Virus record (IMG/VR): IMGVR_UViG_3300022752_000039
Length of the DNA: 30,844 bases
From: an uncultured virus (IMG/VR IMGVR_UViG_3300022752_000039)
Lineage: Duplodnaviria > Heunggongvirae > Uroviricota > Caudoviricetes
Direction: 5' to 3' (one strand)
In this document: positions 17,591 to 25,510 of the stretch, piece after piece
How positions within the stretch are numbered: the stretch's first letter is position 1
Layout: each line of letters starts with the position of its first letter
The notes under the pieces: model-generated
Told to the model about the DNA's origin: nothing
The model's database searches: none
What the model saw: the letters and a program-made list of their open reading frames with translations, nothing else
Translations under genes and position numbers: made by a program

Positions 17591-19088
17591 ACTTATCTTC
17601 TCAGGGGTTGAGGTTGGTTCTAACCGCACCCTGCTAGAAGGCATGAAGGTTGAGTCGATGGGACTCAACTTTTGGGGTCTTCGCAAGCGTGGTCTTCCAA
17701 AGACTAAGATCTGGCTTATAAGCGAGCACTTTGATCCAGAGACCAAGGTCTACATCGAATCAGGGGCGTCACAGGCTGACAAGGCTGGGCTATCTCGTGA
17801 GGAACTAATTGACTTGGCCGCTGACTACCAGGAGTTTCTTGTAAACAATGCAGATCGTGCTGAAGGATTCCTTGAGTTTGACTCACAAATACTCGGCCTT
17901 GAATGGATAGAAGCGCAGCGTCCCTTCTTCAGTAACGACCCTAAACTATGGGTCATCTGGCATGAAGAGTATGGACAGAGTAAGTTGGCAGAGATGTCAA
18001 AAAAGTTCCACAATGTGGCTATACCTCATGACGAGATCGAATCAGTAACTAACTTGGCCGCCGTAACAAGGACTTACTCCAACCAGTTCAAAGTCAACTA
18101 CCACGCCCTCGGATGTGCCAAACCAGACAACCTAAGATCCATACCATTTGTCACAGCCAGCACATTGTCATGGCTATCGCCCATGCGTAGAGGTGAGACG
18201 ATCATCTGGGATGGGGCACGCTTGGTGCGTTACCCGAAGAAGATGAAGGATCAGGCACGACCTCGCTACAAGAACATTGTGGAGAAGGCTGGGCTAGACT
18301 ATTCAGAGTTTGTTAAAGATAGTACCCTTGAAGCAACTAGAGTTGCTGTCTGGTCATACAAGAAACTAGAGGAATCCATGGACAAGAAGACCCCCAACTT
18401 CCACATCATTGATGGTGGTAAAGACACTAACTTATCTGATAATAGCGATGAGTTCATGACGGGGTTGATGGGATTAGATCTGTCCGCTTCTGATAACAGT
18501 GGAGCAGAAGGGAGGAAAGTGGAGCGTAGTGGATCAGTAGAAAGAGCCCCTGAAGAGATGACAAACTTGCCTGTCTTTGGATTCAAAATGAAGACAATAG
18601 TCGAAACTGATGATGATGGCAAAGACATTCTCATGGATGTTCCTGTTGTTCAAACACAGCAGACCTCCCTTCGCCAATGCGATACATGCTTTGTTGCATC
18701 TAACTGCCCAGCGTTCAAACCGCAAAATACATGTGCATTTAATCTTCCAGTAGAGGTAAAGACTAAAGATCAACTCAAGTCACTACTGACTGCAATTATC
18801 GAAATGCAGGGGCAGAGAGTTGCTTTTATGCGATTTGCAGAGGAAATGAATGGTGGATACGCAGATCCAAATCTGTCCCAAGAGATCGATCGTCTTCTAA
18901 AATTAGTGGGCAATGTCAATGAGATGGATCAGAACAAGGAGTTCATTCAGATCACTGCAAGCCGTCAATCTTCTGGTGGAGTGCTCTCTGCAATCTTTGG
19001 AGATCGCGCTCAGGCACTCAAAGAGTTCCCTAATCCAATCCGTGAAGAGACTGTCACTAAGATTATCTCTGAAGCAATAGAAGATTAA
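17583..19088 (+). CDS. TGT/DpdA-like (queuine tRNA-ribosyltransferase fold) domain, degenerate, fused to a 4-Cys plus helical C-terminal domain
   Basis: VYIESGA (cf. DSGA), VIWH, YHALG, PFVTASTLSW...RRG (cf. SvDSxSW..G); CDTCFVASNC...C at the C-terminus. Confidence 0.6.
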   Translation: MTKLIFSGVEVGSNRTLLEGMKVESMGLNFWGLRKRGLPKTKIWLISEHFDPETKVYIESGASQADKAGLSREELIDLAADYQEFLVNNADRAEGFLEFDSQILGLEWIEAQRPFFSNDPKLWVIWHEEYGQSKLAEMSKKFHNVAIPHDEIESVTNLAAVTRTYSNQFKVNYHALGCAKPDNLRSIPFVTASTLSWLSPMRRGETIIWDGARLVRYPKKMKDQARPRYKNIVEKAGLDYSEFVKDSTLEATRVAVWSYKKLEESMDKKTPNFHIIDGGKDTNLSDNSDEFMTGLMGLDLSASDNSGAEGRKVERSGSVERAPEEMTNLPVFGFKMKTIVETDDDGKDILMDVPVVQTQQTSLRQCDTCFVASNCPAFKPQNTCAFNLPVEVKTKDQLKSLLTAIIEMQGQRVAFMRFAEEMNGGYADPNLSQEIDRLLKLVGNVNEMDQNKEFIQITASRQSSGGVLSAIFGDRAQALKEFPNPIREETVTKIISEAIED

Positions 19089-19259
19089 CTTATCTGATAA
19101 CAGCAGTTAACAGGGTGTAAAACATATCTCACCCGTAGTTGACCATTTTCTTTTGGCGAGAGTACTTCGCAAAGTTAACAGATGCATGATAGGTTTCCAA
19201 GCGCAATACTAAGCAACCCACAGAGGGGTATTTAGACATTTATAGAAATGGTAGGGGTT

Positions 19260-21284
19260 ATGACAACATTATCTTTCAAACTGACTGAGGACTTCATCGG
19301 ACCTTATCGCCCAAAGAAGGCGCCGTTTGGTTATCAAGATGCAGCAGGTAACTCGGTTGGAGAGATAACTTTTTTACGTACCTATTCTCGCCTCAAGGCA
19401 GATGGTACGAAAGAGACGTGGGTCGATGTATGTGAACGTGTGATTAACGGCATGTACTCATTGCAGAAGGATCACGCAAAGACGAACCGCTTGCCATGGT
19501 CAGATGCAAAGGCAGCAGCCTCAGCCAAAGAGGCATTCGATCGCTTATGGAACTTGAAGTGGACACCGCCTGGAAGAGGTCTATGGGTTATGGGAACTCC
19601 AATCGTCAATGAGCAACGCAACTCAGCAGCACTACAGAATTGCGCCTTCGTTTCAACTGGATCGATGATAAAGACAGATCCAGCAAAACCATTTGCATTT
19701 CTTATGGAGGCATCAATGCTCGGAGTGGGCGTTGGTTTTGATGATAAGGGAGCAGATAAGGAGTTCAACATCTATGCACCACAAGGAGATTACACCTATG
19801 ACATCCCAGACACACGAGAGGGTTGGGTCGAAGCAACAGCCGCCCTCATCAATGCCTACCTCAAGCCAGATACAAAGGCTCCAACATTTAATTACGAAGC
19901 GATCCGTCCAGCGGGTGAACCAATCCGCACCTTCGGTGGAACCGCAGCAGGAGCAGATCCTCTAATCAAACTGCACCAGTACATCTGTGAACTATTCAAG
20001 GGTCGTGCTGGTCAGAAGTTAACTCGTCGTGACATCGCAGACATTGGAAACATGATTGGTGTGTGCGTAGTCTCTGGCAACGTCCGTCGCTCTGCAGAAC
20101 TACTTATTGGTCGCATTGAAGATGAAGAGTTTCTAAACCTAAAGAACTACGAGAAGTATCCAGAGCGTATGACGCATGGCTGGATGTCGAACAACTCTGT
20201 GGCTGTCAATGTAGGAGATAACCTCGATGGAATCATCGAAGGTATTGCTCGCAACGGAGAGCCAGGAGTTATTTGGATGGACATCTCCAAGCAATACGGT
20301 CGCCTTGCAGATCCAATCAACAACAAGGACTGGCGTATTGCAGGGTACAACCCATGTGCTGAGCAGTCACTAGAGTCATACGAGTGCTGCACATTGGTAG
20401 AGACTTACTTGAATCGCCACACAGATCTTGAAGATTTCAAGCGCACATTGAAGTTCGCTTACCTCTATGCAAAGACTGTGACATTGCTTCCAACTCACTG
20501 GGAAGAAACCAATGCGATCATGCAGCGCAATCGCCGTATCGGTACATCAGTCTCAGGTGTTGCAAACTTTGCAGACACTAAGGGACTCCCAGTCCTGCGT
20601 CAGTGGATGGATGAAGGCTACAAGGTCATCAAGTCATATGACACCAACTACTCAGAGTGGCTTGGTATCCGTGAGTCAATCAAGATGACAACAGTCAAGC
20701 CATCAGGAACAGTAAGTATCTTGGCTGGAGAATCTCCAGGAGTTCACTGGACTGTAGGTGGTCAGTACTTCAATCGTGCTATCCGCTTCTCAAACAACGA
20801 CCCAATGCTTCCACTGTTCAAACTTGCTAACTACAGAGTAGAGCCAGCAAGTGAGTCTCCTGATACGACTTCGGTTGTCTTCTTCCCTATCAAGTCAGAG
20901 GCTAAGCGAAGTGAGAAGGATGTAAGTATTTACGAGAAGATGGCACTTGCTGCCACTGCTCAACGCTACTGGTCAGACAACTCTGTCTCTGTAACAATCT
21001 CATTTGATCCAGAAAAGGAAGCCTCGGCTATTGGTACGGCTTTGCATATGTACGATGGTCAACTAAAGACTGTCTCATTCTTGCCTAGTGGTAACCATGT
21101 ATATCCTCAAATGCCTTACACACAGATCACTGAGAAGGAATACGAAGAGCAAGGCGTAATGCAACTCTTCCCTATTGACTTCTCTGGTGTCTATGCAGGA
21201 ATGGCTGCTGATGCTATTGGTGAGGCTTACTGCACAACTGATGCTTGCGAAGTCAAACTGATTACTGACAACCAACCTAAGTAA
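19260..21284 (+). CDS. nrdJ: class II (adenosylcobalamin-dependent) ribonucleotide reductase, monomeric RTPR type
   Basis: RTYSR, PPGRGLW, LQNCAF, GVGVGFD, GNVRRSA, NPCAEQ, TVKPSGTVS, C-terminal CTTDAC. No beta-subunit gene nearby. Confidence 0.95.
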   Translation: MTTLSFKLTEDFIGPYRPKKAPFGYQDAAGNSVGEITFLRTYSRLKADGTKETWVDVCERVINGMYSLQKDHAKTNRLPWSDAKAAASAKEAFDRLWNLKWTPPGRGLWVMGTPIVNEQRNSAALQNCAFVSTGSMIKTDPAKPFAFLMEASMLGVGVGFDDKGADKEFNIYAPQGDYTYDIPDTREGWVEATAALINAYLKPDTKAPTFNYEAIRPAGEPIRTFGGTAAGADPLIKLHQYICELFKGRAGQKLTRRDIADIGNMIGVCVVSGNVRRSAELLIGRIEDEEFLNLKNYEKYPERMTHGWMSNNSVAVNVGDNLDGIIEGIARNGEPGVIWMDISKQYGRLADPINNKDWRIAGYNPCAEQSLESYECCTLVETYLNRHTDLEDFKRTLKFAYLYAKTVTLLPTHWEETNAIMQRNRRIGTSVSGVANFADTKGLPVLRQWMDEGYKVIKSYDTNYSEWLGIRESIKMTTVKPSGTVSILAGESPGVHWTVGGQYFNRAIRFSNNDPMLPLFKLANYRVEPASESPDTTSVVFFPIKSEAKRSEKDVSIYEKMALAATAQRYWSDNSVSVTISFDPEKEASAIGTALHMYDGQLKTVSFLPSGNHVYPQMPYTQITEKEYEEQGVMQLFPIDFSGVYAGMAADAIGEAYCTTDACEVKLITDNQPK

Positions 21285-21285
21285 T

Positions 21286-21798
21286 TTAGCAGTCGCACTC
21301 TTCTCCTGATTGCAAGATGCCTTCACCATGGCACTTGTAACATGCTTCTGGTATGGCTTCTGATATGGCTTCTGGTATTGCTTCGTCTTCTAGTATGGCT
21401 TTGCATTCAAGACCCTTGTGCCTCTTTAAAACTTGTTCGCAATAATATTTGTCTTGCATTCTTTTAGAGTTTGTTTCTGTGATGATGGTGTGGCTATCCA
21501 TTAGTAAATTGCAGTAAGGGCAAGGCAACACAATGTTCTTGCTCTTTAAGTTCTCGCCGTATGTCTGCCATCTCCAACCCAACTGCACTAATTTGCGCCA
21601 AAAGAGTTCTTCTATTTCAGTATCAGTAAGATACTTATCAGAACGCCACGGCTTATCAGTAAATGGCAGTTCGGGTTGAGTCCACTCGTCCTTCTGGTGT
21701 TGCTTTGGGAATTGCTCTTGCTTCTGGTATGGCTTCTGGTATGGCTTTGCTTTGCTATGACTTATTGACTGCCAGTCCTGCATACCGCCACTTGCCAT
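21286..21798 (-). CDS. hypothetical protein with Cys pairs and short repeats
   Basis: GGGGAG RBS; CPYC, CYKC...CDC; KPYQ and AIPE repeats. Confidence 0.65.
   Translation of the reverse strand: MASGGMQDWQSISHSKAKPYQKPYQKQEQFPKQHQKDEWTQPELPFTDKPWRSDKYLTDTEIEELFWRKLVQLGWRWQTYGENLKSKNIVLPCPYCNLLMDSHTIITETNSKRMQDKYYCEQVLKRHKGLECKAILEDEAIPEAISEAIPEACYKCHGEGILQSGEECDC
21344..21401. repeat. tandem 12-bp repeats GCTTCTGGTATG (3 copies plus 1 degenerate)
   Basis: gcttctggtatg gcttctgatatg gcttctggtatt gcttcgt cttctagtatggctt. Confidence 0.9.
21720..21748. repeat. two further copies of GCTTCTGGTATG
   Basis: gcttctggtatg gcttctggtatg gcttt. Confidence 0.9.
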
Positions 21799-21853
21799 GT
21801 GCTCCCCTAACTAACTAACTCACCTGGCTGCCAGGTAGAGTTACTTCGAAGAT

Positions 21854-21878
21854 AGCCCCGCCATTTCTGACGGGGCTT
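21854..21878. terminator. hairpin downstream of the transglycosylase gene
   Basis: AGCCCCG / CGGGGCT stem in the intergenic gap. Confidence 0.6.
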
Positions 21879-21888
21879 CTCCTATTGC

Positions 21889-22470
21889 TTACTCTGTTAT
21901 TCCTAGTGCTTTCGCTTTCGCTTTTGCTAGGGCTTTTGCATGTGCTTCAGGGAACTGTGCTAACCACTTTTTTACTACAGGATTGTGGACACCTTTCCAT
22001 GATCTCCAGTCTTTGCCTTTTGCGCTCATGAAGTAAGCGATCTTGGCGTTCACCACAGGATTCAACAGTTGAGCGTTGTACTCTAAATTGAACTTTTCCC
22101 TGCGATCTTGTCCCAATGAGTCAACCATGTTGACTTGGAACAACCCGAATGAGTTATCCCCTGTCTTGCGATTGCCGTTGTGGGAGAGAGGGTTTCCATG
22201 TGACTCTTTCATAGCGATTGCCCACGCATAGCGTAAGGCTTGTCCTTTGAAGCCAACTGCGCTAAGCAGATCGACTAACTGTGTCTGAGTTAGTTTGTCT
22301 GCATTCTCGTACTTGGCTAGGGCTCGCTCTTGGTATTGCTTCTGCATGATCTGTGCTTCGGCTTGCGTAGGGCTAAAGGCTGGTGGCAATACCACTAGCC
22401 CACTACCAACGAACATCGCCGTAAATAGCGATCCGAATACGATCTTGCCTCTTCTTGTTAGATTCATCAT
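21889..22470 (-). CDS. membrane-anchored or secreted lysozyme-like lytic transglycosylase (SLT-type)
   Basis: N-terminal hydrophobic segment; AIAMKES (catalytic Glu), SFGLFQVN, LLNPVVNAKIAY, DWRSW. Confidence 0.85.
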   Translation of the reverse strand: MMNLTRRGKIVFGSLFTAMFVGSGLVVLPPAFSPTQAEAQIMQKQYQERALAKYENADKLTQTQLVDLLSAVGFKGQALRYAWAIAMKESHGNPLSHNGNRKTGDNSFGLFQVNMVDSLGQDRREKFNLEYNAQLLNPVVNAKIAYFMSAKGKDWRSWKGVHNPVVKKWLAQFPEAHAKALAKAKAKALGITE

Positions 22471-23732
22471 CACTCCAAAAAGTCATTGACACTTTCTGAT
22501 GCCTTTGACTGGTTGTGACGAAGGCGATGTAGGTATCGCTCTGTCGTCTTTATCGACTGATGCCCTAAGCGTTCCTTGACCTCATGCACATCTACTCCGC
22601 TTTTTAGAAGTTGAGTAGCGTTAGCGTGCCTTAGATCATGGGTTCTAGGACTCCAACCGATGCCTGACTTGGCTATTGCCTTGTTCCATGTAGTTCTCCA
22701 TACATCTCGTGGTAGGTGACTCGTATGGTCGATGAACCTCTGTTGCTTTTGGTATGGCTTTGTCTTTTGCCTGTGCTTTCGCACCGACTCTCTACAAGCC
22801 TCGCATCGGCAACGCCCATGTGTATAGGCGTACAGAGTTCCATGCTGGAACAGTTTTCCGTCTTTGGCGAATGGTCGCTTAGACATTTCTCCACGAGAAG
22901 CCTCTAGTTTACCTGTTGTTAAGATGATCGTTCTTGGAAACAACAGGTCATCTTTTGATAGGGCTTTTGCTATGACATAACCCTGAATCTCTTGTAGTAG
23001 GGCTTTGCTTAACATAAGGCTTCGCTTATGACCCGACTTTGTGGCTTCTACGACTAGAAACCTGCTGGTATGGCTTGACCCTAGATCGCTGACTCGCCTT
23101 TGGACATAGACTTCCCCTGTCCTCAGGTTGATGTCCTTGACCCTGATCTCGGTTGCTTCCCCGAATCGGCAACCTGATGCGACTAAGAATCGGGCGAATA
23201 ACTGCGCCCCTTCGGTCGGTAGATGCTGAATAATCGCTTTAAACTCTTCGGGTTCTACAACATTTGAGATGTCCGAATACTTCGCCTTAATACGAATCCC
23301 ATGAGTAGGGTTCTGAGTTAATTCTCCTGTATCGACTAACTGGGAGAAGGCAGACCCTAGTGATGCCTTGATCTGATTGAGGGTGGCTGAACCGACTCCT
23401 TCTGATCTCAGGGCTTGAAGTAACTTTTGAATGGTACGGGTATCGATCGAAGTTACTTTGCGATCTCCAAGAGTTGGAATCACATAGCGGTCAATGACTG
23501 ATCGATAGCCCTTGCGAGTGATCGGCATGAGATCGGCGGTGGGAAGCCATGAATCGATGTAGGTCGATAGGGTAAATACAGCCCTAGAAGGCTCGCTGCC
23601 ACCCGATGCCTCTGCTTTTGAGGCGTGGTACATGGCATCGATCTCCGAGCCCCATGTACCTGCTGAGAGGCGTTTACCGCCCTTTCGGTAATAGCCTGTA
23701 AACCTATCCCCACGCTTTACGACATAAGCCAT
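22470..23732 (-). CDS. int: tyrosine recombinase/integrase
   Basis: SGCRFGEA (Arg), TKSG (Lys), HDLRH, LGHQSIKTTERY (His, Tyr); N-terminal arm-binding and core-binding regions; AAGGGG RBS. Confidence 0.95.
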   Translation of the reverse strand: MAYVVKRGDRFTGYYRKGGKRLSAGTWGSEIDAMYHASKAEASGGSEPSRAVFTLSTYIDSWLPTADLMPITRKGYRSVIDRYVIPTLGDRKVTSIDTRTIQKLLQALRSEGVGSATLNQIKASLGSAFSQLVDTGELTQNPTHGIRIKAKYSDISNVVEPEEFKAIIQHLPTEGAQLFARFLVASGCRFGEATEIRVKDINLRTGEVYVQRRVSDLGSSHTSRFLVVEATKSGHKRSLMLSKALLQEIQGYVIAKALSKDDLLFPRTIILTTGKLEASRGEMSKRPFAKDGKLFQHGTLYAYTHGRCRCEACRESVRKHRQKTKPYQKQQRFIDHTSHLPRDVWRTTWNKAIAKSGIGWSPRTHDLRHANATQLLKSGVDVHEVKERLGHQSIKTTERYLHRLRHNQSKASESVNDFLE

Positions 23733-23747
23733 GATCTTCCCCCTTCA

Positions 23748-23780
23748 TGTTACTGCTGAGTAATGTTACTGGTGAGTAAC
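23748..23780. promoter_or_regulatory. tandem 16-bp operator-like repeats upstream of int
   Basis: TGTTACTGCTGAGTAA then TGTTACTGGTGAGTAA(C); each contains the dyad TTAC-N6-GTAA. Confidence 0.65.
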
Positions 23781-23788
23781 TTCGAATG

Positions 23789-23825
23789 CAAAAAATAGCC
23801 CCTAGCCCGATCAGGGGCTAGGGGC
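23789..23825 (-). terminator. Rho-independent terminator for the - strand small-gene operon
   Basis: GCCCCTAGCCC / GGGCTAGGGGC stem followed on the - strand by TATTTTTT. Confidence 0.8.
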
Positions 23826-23904
23826 AATAGTGACTGTGGGCTTAGGGAATCTGCTTATGTGCGCTTGAAGTAACTCTCAGATCGCCCCAGATCAGGGCTA
23901 AGAG

Positions 23905-24060
23905 TTAGTTGACGATCTCACTATCCCATTCGGTGTCGTGAGCGATCTGCGGTACTGCTTCGGATAGCCATAGTTCACCGAGTTGATTCGCTTGATCTTC
24001 GGAATCGCATTCGACTTCGATTGATCGTGTCCATACAAAAGTTACTTTGTAGGTACTCAT
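23905..24060 (-). CDS. small acidic hypothetical protein (51 aa)
   Basis: Manual translation MSTYKVTFVWTRSIEVECDSEDQANQLGELWLSE...; ATGA overlap with the upstream gene. Confidence 0.7.
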   Translation of the reverse strand: MSTYKVTFVWTRSIEVECDSEDQANQLGELWLSEAVPQIAHDTEWDSEIVN

Positions 24061-24284
24061 GGATAGAGAATCTCTTCCCAATCCAAATCATCGAGATTGT
24101 AGAGATCAGTTGGCAGAACCTTCCAGCGATCATCGATCGCAATAAAGTCCTCACCAATAAACCAATCAACATCAACGCCCCACTCACCAATAAATACTTT
24201 GGCGGTGTAAACATTTCCGTTCATTGGAAACTCAATAACATGATCTGTTGCTGAGGTTTGACTACTGATTACATTTGCAACCAT
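24057..24284 (-). CDS. small acidic hypothetical protein
   Basis: GGAG RBS; abuts its neighbours. Confidence 0.72.
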   Translation of the reverse strand: MVANVISSQTSATDHVIEFPMNGNVYTAKVFIGEWGVDVDWFIGEDFIAIDDRWKVLPTDLYNLDDLDWEEILYP

Positions 24285-24476
24285 TTATTTCTCCGTTTCT
24301 ATTTGTGTTATTCGATAAGAGTTCCACTTATCGATTGTTTCTTGCTTCCATAGTGGTCGATTGCCGATCATGTGATCGGGTTCGGGAAGGGTGTTGCGCT
24401 TTCGATAGGTATAGATCGTGTCGATCTTTAGCCCTGTTTGTTGTGCGATGTCGGTAGTAGTGAGCCAATCCTTCAA
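24285..24476 (-). CDS. AlpA/excisionase-like HTH protein
   Basis: WLTTTDIAQQTGLKIDTIYTYRKRNTLPEPD...RPLWKQETIDKW. Confidence 0.82.
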   Translation of the reverse strand: MKDWLTTTDIAQQTGLKIDTIYTYRKRNTLPEPDHMIGNRPLWKQETIDKWNSYRITQIETEK

Positions 24477-24682
24477 TTCGATTCACCAGTTTCTTGTTGA
24501 TCTTCATCGATAATCACCTCACTAATCGTGTTCTGAATACATTCATCGATCACTTCCCACAGATTATCGTCAGAAGTAATCCACTCTCTGATCTTTAGCC
24601 ATTCATCATCAGTAAGCACTCTCCTCACTAATTGATTTGCTTCTTCACGAGTAAATAGCACTATGTCATTTGGATTCATCAT
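24473..24682 (-). CDS. hypothetical protein
   Basis: GGAG RBS; operon packing. Confidence 0.7.
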   Translation of the reverse strand: MMNPNDIVLFTREEANQLVRRVLTDDEWLKIREWITSDDNLWEVIDECIQNTISEVIIDEDQQETGESN

Positions 24683-24805
24683 TTAGTTATCTCCATTGAT
24701 CTCGTTGTCGTAATCGATGATGATTACTTCGATGTCATTAGGGCAACGAGTTACTTCTGCAACGCCACCATTGACTTCGATTACTACCTGATTCTTTGTG
24801 TACAT
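24683..24805 (-). CDS. micro-protein (40 aa)
   Basis: Manual translation MYTKNQVVIEVNGGVAEVTRCPNDIEVIIIDYDNEINGDN; GGGGAG RBS; fills the gap exactly. Confidence 0.7.
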   Translation of the reverse strand: MYTKNQVVIEVNGGVAEVTRCPNDIEVIIIDYDNEINGDN

Positions 24806-24807
24806 AA

Positions 24808-25083
24808 TTAATACTCCCCCACTACTGATACATACTGCTTGTATTTTCGATTCTCTCTACGGCGTAGTAGGGCTCTGTCGTGATCTGTTAGACCGCCGAA
24901 GATTCCATACTGCACACCATTGTCTAGTGCGAATGAGAGACATTTATTCTTTGTGATCTCAGGACATTGATTGCATACTGCTTTGGCTCGCTGAATCTTT
25001 TCGTACTCTGTCGGGTCAGGAAAGAATAACTCAGGGTCAACACCTGCTGACTGACATGGTGCATTGATGATCTCAATCTTCAT
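24808..25083 (-). CDS. whiB: second WhiB-family transcription factor
   Basis: APC...DPELFFP...AKAVCNQC...KCLSFAL...YGIFGGLTDHDR. Confidence 0.92.
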   Translation of the reverse strand: MKIEIINAPCQSAGVDPELFFPDPTEYEKIQRAKAVCNQCPEITKNKCLSFALDNGVQYGIFGGLTDHDRALLRRRENRKYKQYVSVVGEY

Positions 25084-25414
25084 CGTTACTCCGATCTCTG
25101 TATTGGTCAGGGTTTTCGATCACATACTTCATAAACGAATCCATGACACTCGTTAAGTCCTCAGGGTCTAACTCTGCATACTTCAAGAGAATCTCGATCA
25201 TGTGCAGGAATCCCCAAATCAACATCTCAGGTTCGATCTCTTGATCTTCCATGATTGAGTTCAGGTGTTCATTGGCTAGGTACTCCTTGATCTCCTGAGG
25301 CAGACTGTCTTTGCGATCAGAATCTACTTTGAATCCGCGAACGATCTTTAGAAACTCGTTAGCGATCGTGATCGACTTAATCAGATCAGTTTGGTGTGAT
25401 GATAGTTCACTCAT
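25073..25414 (-). CDS. hypothetical acidic protein
   Basis: AAAGGAG RBS; 113 aa. Confidence 0.75.
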   Translation of the reverse strand: MSELSSHQTDLIKSITIANEFLKIVRGFKVDSDRKDSLPQEIKEYLANEHLNSIMEDQEIEPEMLIWGFLHMIEILLKYAELDPEDLTSVMDSFMKYVIENPDQYRDRSNDED

Positions 25415-25499
25415 TTATTTCTCCTTTGCATTCGTGGACAGTTTCGTACTCAACCCATTCCAAGCAGTCATTACATTTAGTTTGTGGAATTGATGTCAT
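25407..25499 (-). CDS. micro Zn-finger protein (30 aa)
   Basis: Manual translation MTSIPQTKCNDCLEWVEYETVHECKGEINE (CxxC...HxC); AAGGAG RBS. Confidence 0.6.
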   Translation of the reverse strand: MTSIPQTKCNDCLEWVEYETVHECKGEINE

Positions 25500-25510
25500 T
25501 TAGTTTCTCC

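Noticed and set aside
17583..19088. A complete 7-deazaguanine DNA modification pathway
   Set aside because: The TGT-like protein appears to lack its catalytic aspartates, and no queC/queD/queE/folE genes are in this window.
19089..19259. Cobalamin riboswitch or NrdR boxes upstream of nrdJ
   Set aside because: I could not find the B12-box consensus or a convincing NrdR palindrome; only short dyads are present.
79..21329. Many antisense or alternate-frame ORFs in the track (e.g. 1868-2236, 4189-4527, 8664-9041, 18299-18634)
   Set aside because: They overlap well-supported genes, lack RBS or motifs, and read as shadow frames.
21344..21748. 12-bp repeats as a CRISPR array
   Set aside because: The units are too short, directly tandem, lack unique spacers and lie inside a coding region.
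23733..23905. attP containing a tRNA 3' end next to int
   Set aside because: No T-arm/CCA-like tRNA fragment was recognised, and no tRNA genes were seen anywhere in the window.
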